A stretch of 63,574 nt of DNA, the filler included, from Collodictyon triciliatum (taxonomy: Eukaryota): NCBI GenBank assembly GCA_043381765.1. It is 9 parts of 9 records of this genome, joined end to end, with 100 filler letters (N's around TTAATTAATTAA, not from the genome) between each part and the next. Parts side by side here need not be neighbours in the genome. Positions count along the whole stretch, not along the records: positions 48,507 to 57,233 come from JBHJMP010003312.1; positions 57,334 to 62,006 come from JBHJMP010003375.1; positions 62,107 to 63,574 come from JBHJMP010003424.1; 6 more parts are not named here. The stretch is one strand, 5' to 3'. The notes under the pieces were generated by a model, which saw nothing but the letters and a program-made list of their open reading frames with translations, searched no databases and was not told where the DNA came from. This document shows, piece by piece, positions 56,901 through 63,574 of this stretch (position 1 is the stretch's first letter; each line of letters starts with the position of its first letter). The position numbers and the translations under genes are program-made.

Positions 56901-57021
56901 AGACGAAATGACTGCGAGATGTATTAATTATACTCTCAAAAGACGCCGAGTCTCTTGATGAATCGTCTTGCTGCTATGGATGACTTGGGAGACCTCGACA
57001 GTATTTTGAATGAATTAGAAG
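48712..57021 (+). CDS. Unconventional myosin heavy chain, class VII-like motor + IQ motifs + charged (SAH-like) helix; likely 3'-truncated
   Basis: [94 protein letters not shown]-rich exon 56229-56849; last visible exon ends at donor GAAG|GTGATC. Confidence 0.93.
51719..51845. repeat. (TTTGTCTA)n intronic tandem repeat
   Basis: Direct reading. Confidence 0.9.
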
Positions 57022-57136
57022 GTGATCTGACCACCTGGATATTAATGAAAATTTGGCTATTTATCAACTTTTATGAAGATTTAACGTATTTTTTCCTTTC
57101 TCCCTTTTCCTAACCATTTCCTTTTGTATTCTTTTT

Positions 57137-57233
<97 letters not shown>

Positions 57234-57333
57234 NNNNNNNNNNNNNNNNNNNNNNNNNNNNNNNNNNNNNNNNNNNNTTAATTAATTAANNNNNNNNNNN
57301 NNNNNNNNNNNNNNNNNNNNNNNNNNNNNNNNN
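57234..57333. other. Artificial scaffold-joining linker
   Basis: N44-TTAATTAATTAA-N44. Confidence 0.97.
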
Positions 57334-57455
57334 ATTGGTGATATATATTATGTTGTTTTAGAAACGAATGTAAGGAGGAGGAGGAGGAGGAATAAACGCT
57401 TCATCATGAGTTTATGCTGTGTATTATACAATATCTGGGCTAATTAAGAGACCAC

Positions 57456-60361
57456 CTCATCAAAATCAAGCAAATCGAGGCTTCGTAGCTCAGATTTCAA
57501 TCTCTCTTCGAACGGGATGGTTGGGACTAAAATTCCTATGGTATGGAAAATAGAATAAATGAATAAAGAAAAAAGAAAGAAGAAATAAACTAATCATGGG
57601 CTATTGGGCGCGCACACTCTAATGGCGATAGGACCTTTTGCAATTTTGGGGTCGATAATAGGAAATTGTTCCAAGAGATATCAAGGTAGGGATAGTCACA
57701 CAAACACTCATAAACACCAATGAATAGACACAATAATATGGCGCAAATTAAACCCATGTCAGAACCTCTCAAATCAGGAGACCGATCGTCATCATCGGAA
57801 CTACCCTCTCCGACATCTCCGCCTCTGGGAGAAGGGATACCTTCATCGACCAATGCAGCTAAGATACGCTGGCTTATGGAATGGCGGTATAAACTTTCTT
57901 CACCACCAAATGTGTCGTGCTTTACAGGTGTATCCGTTGGTCCACCGGGTGGTTGCATCAAAATCTAATCCCAAATAAATATATATATATAAATAAATAA
58001 ACAAGTAATAAATAAACAAAATGTTTTGAAATAAGATTTTTTCTGGATAGTTTGTGCAGAAGAGACCGTGATTAACTATATTTTGTAACCTCTGTGATTT
58101 TAGAGGCCCCTTTTGCTTTCCCAGTGTGCGCGTTAGTAGAAGCATGTTTTTGTTCATTAGAAGGTTCGTGCTTTTGATTTCCGAGCATTGGAAATGCGAA
58201 AGAAGGGTCATTGGAAGGGTCACTCTAAAGCGAATTTTGGTTATACACTCATAGAGTTATATGTGGTATCATAAAAGAAATATGATTCGATCCTTTTAGA
58301 AAATATTTACATCAGTATGTATTTGAACTTACCTGAGATGTTAGAAGATTACAGTCTTCATCACGAAGGGGAATAAAATATGGCTCTATTTTGGTCCAAA
58401 ATGGATTTGTTGTCGCTGTTATATGTATCGGAGCGGGAGTTTCGCTTTCAGATTCATCTTCATCTTTGAATTCAGTGGCTGACGACCGCCCAGGGTTACT
58501 ATGAAGAGGATTCATCATATATAATAATCGGAGTGATTTTAATCAACTCATTAAATGTTCACGTATACATACATGTATTGTGCTTGAATAAGCTAATAAA
58601 ATACCAAAATAAGAAAGTTGCTTACTTTAGTTTTCTGTCTTTGTTAATCTGTGGTTTATTTCGTTCGGGTGTAGGGAAACCATTCTTGTCTTTATTCTGA
58701 CCCTTCTACAAAATTTGGTAATTTCTTCAAGTAAATAAACAAGATATGTCTACAGTTAAGATGGCTATTAACCTGTTTCATAATCCAACTCATGTTAGTA
58801 AATGAGGAGCCATCTCCTCCTTTAAATCCTTGAAGCGACCCTCTCGATATTTGCATCATACTGATAATTTTATTGATACAAATACACATATTTAAGAGGA
58901 AGAAAGTAATCAATAACTTAGCAGAACTCGATAGATGAATAAATTACTTTTACTATTATTATCATTAATTTTTTTTTTAAAAAAAAGGTATTTTTTGATA
59001 AGTCACCAACCTTTCGTCTGAAGTATTGATTTGATTCCCAGAGTTTGATCTTTGGTGTAGGTCAAAATCAGATCTTGATGATATTTTTTTCAGTAAGCGT
59101 CCAGTTCCTTCTTGAGAATTTCCTGATGCTGCACCCTATTAGTGAAGCATATTAAATATGTATAATTTTCATCTGTGTTTAATTTCCTTTTTAGATGAAT
59201 TACAAGCAATTTGAGAAAAGAAAACAAGAAAAGACATATACTAGGACAAAAAAAAATCCTTTTTTTTTTATAAATGCCCAAATCAAATGTCAGTCCGTAC
59301 GTGAAAGAATTTTTCCATATCATCATCATCATTAAGGCTAAATTCATCTGTGGCTGTAGGAACTGATTTATCCATCGCATTAAAATCTGAGCGAGACGCA
59401 TTCAAACCAGATTCCTATGTTTTTCAAAAACTTTTCACCATCTAATTTTCTACAAAAATTGATTTGCACATCAAAGTATCTACCTTTTTTATTCTCTTTT
59501 TGTTTTCAGGGGGTTCTGAAATATACATTTATGATTATTTTTTTTCGTTAGTTCGATATGGCGACATATATACGAACAATATATTATAATCGATTTGATG
59601 GGAGGGACATATCACATACTGGAATCTGAAGTTTGTTTCGCCTTTTTCAGTTTTAAAAACTTTGATGTTCTAAAAATATAAAAGTAAAATTTCAATTCCT
59701 CCACTAACACTTTCAGAAAATCAAAAATTGTATAGAATATTATTGGATTCAAAAAAAATACTTTGAAGAAGGATGCAGCTTATCTTTACGTGATTATATA
59801 GGAAATAAGTGATTAGGGCATTTTTGTGATTAAACTATCAGTTGAAGTATTTATAGCTTTTTCTTTCCCACCATTTTATAATATGATTCAAGTGAGACAA
59901 TATAATAGTTTTCCAGAAAAAAAATAGCGAATGTGATGAACATGCAAAGTGATGCAGAAAATCTAACCACGGACTCCTCTTTCCATCCAAGTTCCATCCT
60001 TGAGAATCCGAGCGTCCGGCTCCCCTGACCGAAATGCTTCCAGATGTTGAGACACCAGTGCATCGCTGACCTTTACAAGATGCAATATCTGGTTGATTCT
60101 GTACCGAAGCGAATCCGGGCCTATCTGACATATCTGAGCCGGGGACGCCTTTGCGAGTGCAGAAAGTGTGGGCGCATATGCCTGTGACTCTGCACTTGAC
60201 TCTGCATTGAAGGCATTCAACACAACACGGAGACTTGCCGAGGCAGCTTTTGCAGCCTCTGTTCGGGACTGAAGCCTTTCGCTGCTAGTACTGAAGGCTG
60301 GGTCCATAGACTCTGAGTCGTTGGAGCTGGAGACTGTCTCTGATCCATCGTCTTCAGACAT
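57456..60361 (-). CDS. TADA3: ADA3/NGG1-like SAGA/ATAC HAT-module subunit; multi-exon, 3'-truncated
   Basis: NPFWTKIEPYFIPLRDEDCNLL, SISQRILAALVDE, PFEERLKSELRSLDLLD occur in the order of the conserved Ada3 blocks. Confidence 0.65.
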
Positions 60362-61676
60362 GTCTTGATTCCTACAGGCAGAGGCCGTTGTCTTGTCTTG
60401 CTTTACTTTCTTTTCCTCTTCTTCTTCGTCTTCTTTTTTCTGGCTTTCTGGCTTTCTGGCTTTCTTCTCTTTTCTTTTTTGGAGGCCTGTCAGGAAACGA
60501 TTATAGTAAGTGAATACGAAGAGAAAGGAAGAAAGCAGAAAAGTAAAAGAAGTGGTGTGGGGAAAATGCTTTGGTTTGCTCGTCTTCTTAGGCTTGCGAT
60601 AGGAAGGCCAACGAAGCAACAAAGGCACGAGATTGATGTCTTGTTCTTGTACTTTGCTTGCTTTGATCTCGATCGAGCGTTTGCTCTTCGTTTGGATCGG
60701 GTGACAAAGACCTTGAATAAACTTTGAGCGGGACGCAGTTGATTATTTTTACAACCCAACGTCGTGGGAAGCAAAGAATTACGAACGGGGTAATTGTTTG
60801 TTTTTTTAAGTCTTTTCTTTTTTCGTTATTGATGTTTATGCCGTTATTTTTTTTAATTATTATTATATCATTTTTTTTTTATTCTTCCTTTCAATTTTGT
60901 GCAGGATGGTGAAATTATTATTATATCATAAATGAGGAAAGTCATTACGATGCTCCTGAGATTATTGTGGGAGCAGCCAAGCAAGCCACCTGGAATATGC
61001 AGCTTTCTCCTAGGTTTATGTATATGCAATGCTTTTATTTCTCATAATGCCCGCAGCAAAACAGTGTTGTGGGATGATTGTGAGGTGATGTGCGAAAGAC
61101 TCTGCGACGTGCAGTCCAACACATAGATTGTCATGATTTGCCATTGGTTGGCACTTTGATTTCGTGACGATAAAACTGTGCATGAGAGTTCCAGCACTTT
61201 TGGCTTAAAAGAACAATTGGTCGTGTTCATAATGTGCGTTCACATGTGATTATCTGCAGTCATGCATATGAAACTGGGTATCTTTGTCTTTGTCTGTCTG
61301 TTTGACATCACAACAGCGTCTTGGCAGTTGCGACTGTGAAATCGGTGATTGAACTAATTTGAGGTACGGCGGATAATTGGATTTATATCAAGATAATACT
61401 TTGGCGGATGCAAAGAATCATCATGAAATGGAATTGATTTCTTCAGGAGTCAATAAAATGGTTGTCGTGTATGAGTTGTGTATTGGGAATTGTAGAAAAC
61501 TGAGCAATTGCAATGAGGCAAATAAGGCATTAAATATTGTCCATTAGGTTTCAGATAGATGTTAGAAGGGGCATAAAAAGAAAAAGAAGAGCAAAGATTC
61601 AGATAATGTGTGTAAATGAGAGATGAGCGTTTTTCTCTCTTTTTTTTTCCTCTCTTGTTTTTCTTGAAGTGATAAA

Positions 61677-61847
61677 CTAGCGAGAGTGTAGTATAATTCC
61701 GTCAAATGTCTCCTCAATATCTCGGCTCATACTTTTTTCCACAAAGTCTAGGGAGCGCTGCTTGATGAAATCATACAAATCAGGATTTTCTGCCATTATC
61801 ATTTCGAAGTCAGAGCCGACGATTTCATGTGACTGCAGACGCAGCAT
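61677..61847 (-). CDS. Probable terminal exon of an unidentified gene
   Basis: tag|MLRLQSHEIVGSDFEMIMAENPDLYDFIKQRSLDFVEKSMSRDIEETFDGIILHSR*; upstream part lost at scaffold end. Confidence 0.35.
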   Translation of the reverse strand: MLRLQSHEIVGSDFEMIMAENPDLYDFIKQRSLDFVEKSMSRDIEETFDGIILHSR

Positions 61848-61907
61848 CTACGTACCAAAGTTCATCCGATATAAAAAAAAATTGTGATACGATAGGGAAG
61901 TAAAACG

Positions 61908-62006
61908 GTCAAAGTCAAAGTCAAAGTCAAAGTCAAAGTCAAAGTCAAAGTCAAAGTCAAAGTCAAAGTCAAAGTCAAAGTCAAAGTCAAAGTCAAAGTC
62001 AAAGTC
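61908..62006. repeat. (GTCAAA)n repeat at scaffold end
   Basis: Direct reading. Confidence 0.9.
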
Positions 62007-62106
62007 NNNNNNNNNNNNNNNNNNNNNNNNNNNNNNNNNNNNNNNNNNNNTTAATTAATTAANNNNNNNNNNNNNNNNNNNNNNNNNNNNNNNNNNNNNN
62101 NNNNNN
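62007..62106. other. Artificial scaffold-joining linker
   Basis: N44-TTAATTAATTAA-N44. Confidence 0.97.
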
Positions 62107-63545
62107 AAGACTGGAATAAATACGTTGTTCACACTCGTAGGGACCGAGTAGATACCAGGCGACTCTTTGATATAACTGTGGTATTAAAAAGAGTCGTTTT
62201 GAAGAGGGGGTATTGTTAAAAAAAAAAAAAATTATTTGAAGGAGTGTATTGAAGTAAATTACGATTCGATGTATATTACCCCAATGGGTGAGGTCTTCCA
62301 GGCGGAAACAGGACCGATTTAAATACTTGAATGTCAAAATTTCCCATTTGAATATTCGCTTGTGACAGAATAGAGCTATCATCAGACGCTTCAAGAATAA
62401 AAGAATTATTATTAGAATGGTAAATGGTAAGTATATATTATAGACGTTAAAAGCAAAATTTAGTTATTCAATCCCTTTTTTTTTTTTTTTAACATCAATT
62501 CTACTTGGTGACGAAGATAACACAGCATTCCTTGAATCGAAGTTAGAATCGTCGTCGGGAATGTTCAAGTGACGGAATCGGATATTCTTCGGGGTTGTTA
62601 TTAAAATTGTCTCTGGTAGCTTCATGATTTCTGGTATTATCAGACTTAGTGACTCGAATCTTTTGATCTCCTTTGCTGGCTACAGGAATTTATTGGTTCA
62701 CATATATGATAGACAACATGCACCAAATAGTTGAATATGAGACTCCTAATTTGTAAATAAAAGGAATGAAGGCTCAAAAATGAAGAATTATATGGAATAT
62801 TTACCGTGGGATAATCCGGGCTCGATGGATCTACACATGGTGTGATGAAAACGTTATCTGCTGATACCAGTATTGGATTTCTTGTTTCTGAATTCCCATC
62901 CTTCTTGAATTTGGCCCATAACTCAAGCAGTCGAGATTCCCATTTTTCAGCCATTTCAATGATATTTCTAAAATTCAACAAAAATAAATAAATTAAAATC
63001 CGGTTGTTTTTTACATGTTTTTCTTTCACTAATGTTTATTACATTTTCACATCTTCACATCAAAGTTTGTGAGAATAAATTCTTCGTATTAAGTATTTTT
63101 GAATTTACCGCTTGACATTGTTAAGTCCAAATAGATTTCTATCTTTCTTGTACCCAGCTATTGAATTGTGATGTGATTGAATCTCTGCTTCCAGTAGCAT
63201 AGAGAAATCCTGCAGTATATGAGAATAGGAACCCTCAGTGTTACATAGAATCGCGTCGGTGAAACGCTTTTTATGCTTATGGTGTAAATGGTATAGTGTG
63301 AGTACAAAGATATGGCATCATTTGTTAGTATTCCTACTTGAATCGCCTGCTTCTCCTCCAATTGAGGAAATTTGGACTCTAGAATGGACATCTTGGATGT
63401 CAACTCAATTGATATATCATTCAGATTCTTAGCAATTTGTTCTTCCTCCGTATTCCAGGCTATCGAGCTCCTCTCAATTTGGAGAAATCCCGATGGTGTT
63501 TTAATATCGGACAGAACAATTTCTTCGGACTGGAATACTGTAATC
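62107..63545 (-). CDS. Internal exons of an unidentified gene (partial)
   Basis: Several splice-bounded open segments, e.g. IIEMAEKWESRLLELWAKFKKDG.. and LTSKMSILESKFPQLEEKQAIQ; no family recognised. Confidence 0.4.
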
Positions 63546-63574
63546 TAAGGCGATTCAATTATTGGTATTTTTTT

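Noticed and set aside
56943-57233. Class VII-like myosin lacking a MyTH4-FERM tail
   Set aside because: The last exon ends at a plausible donor and the scaffold terminates in poly-T, so the tail is probably just missing from the assembly.

Overview
This is eukaryotic, intron-dense, AT-rich (protist-like) DNA, not one locus. Nine unrelated scaffolds are joined by 100-nt artificial linkers (N44-TTAATTAATTAA-N44), so neighbourhood is only meaningful inside a segment. Seg1 (1-8733): muskelin (-) divergent from DCAF13/SOF1 (+). Seg2 (8834-15029): a decayed, intronless Fanzor1 (eukaryotic TnpB-like RNA-guided nuclease) followed by a structured omegaRNA-like region ending in a Helitron-type hairpin+CTAG|T terminus, then a 4-exon Ctr copper transporter with signal peptide, His/Asn tract and five tandem YHS/TRASH-like domains. 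Seg3: cytosolic carboxypeptidase (CCP1-like) and a nearly intronless Upf1/Sen1-like SF1 helicase with a polyQ tail. Seg4: membrane adenylyl cyclase with two catalytic domains. Seg5: unknown gene, WDR43/Utp5-like gene, TPR exon. Seg6: RADX-like OB-fold gene and MARK/KA1 kinase. Seg7: myosin with a class VII-like motor. Seg8: ADA3-like gene. Seg9: unknown fragment. All family calls come from hand translation and remembered motifs; no searches were run.
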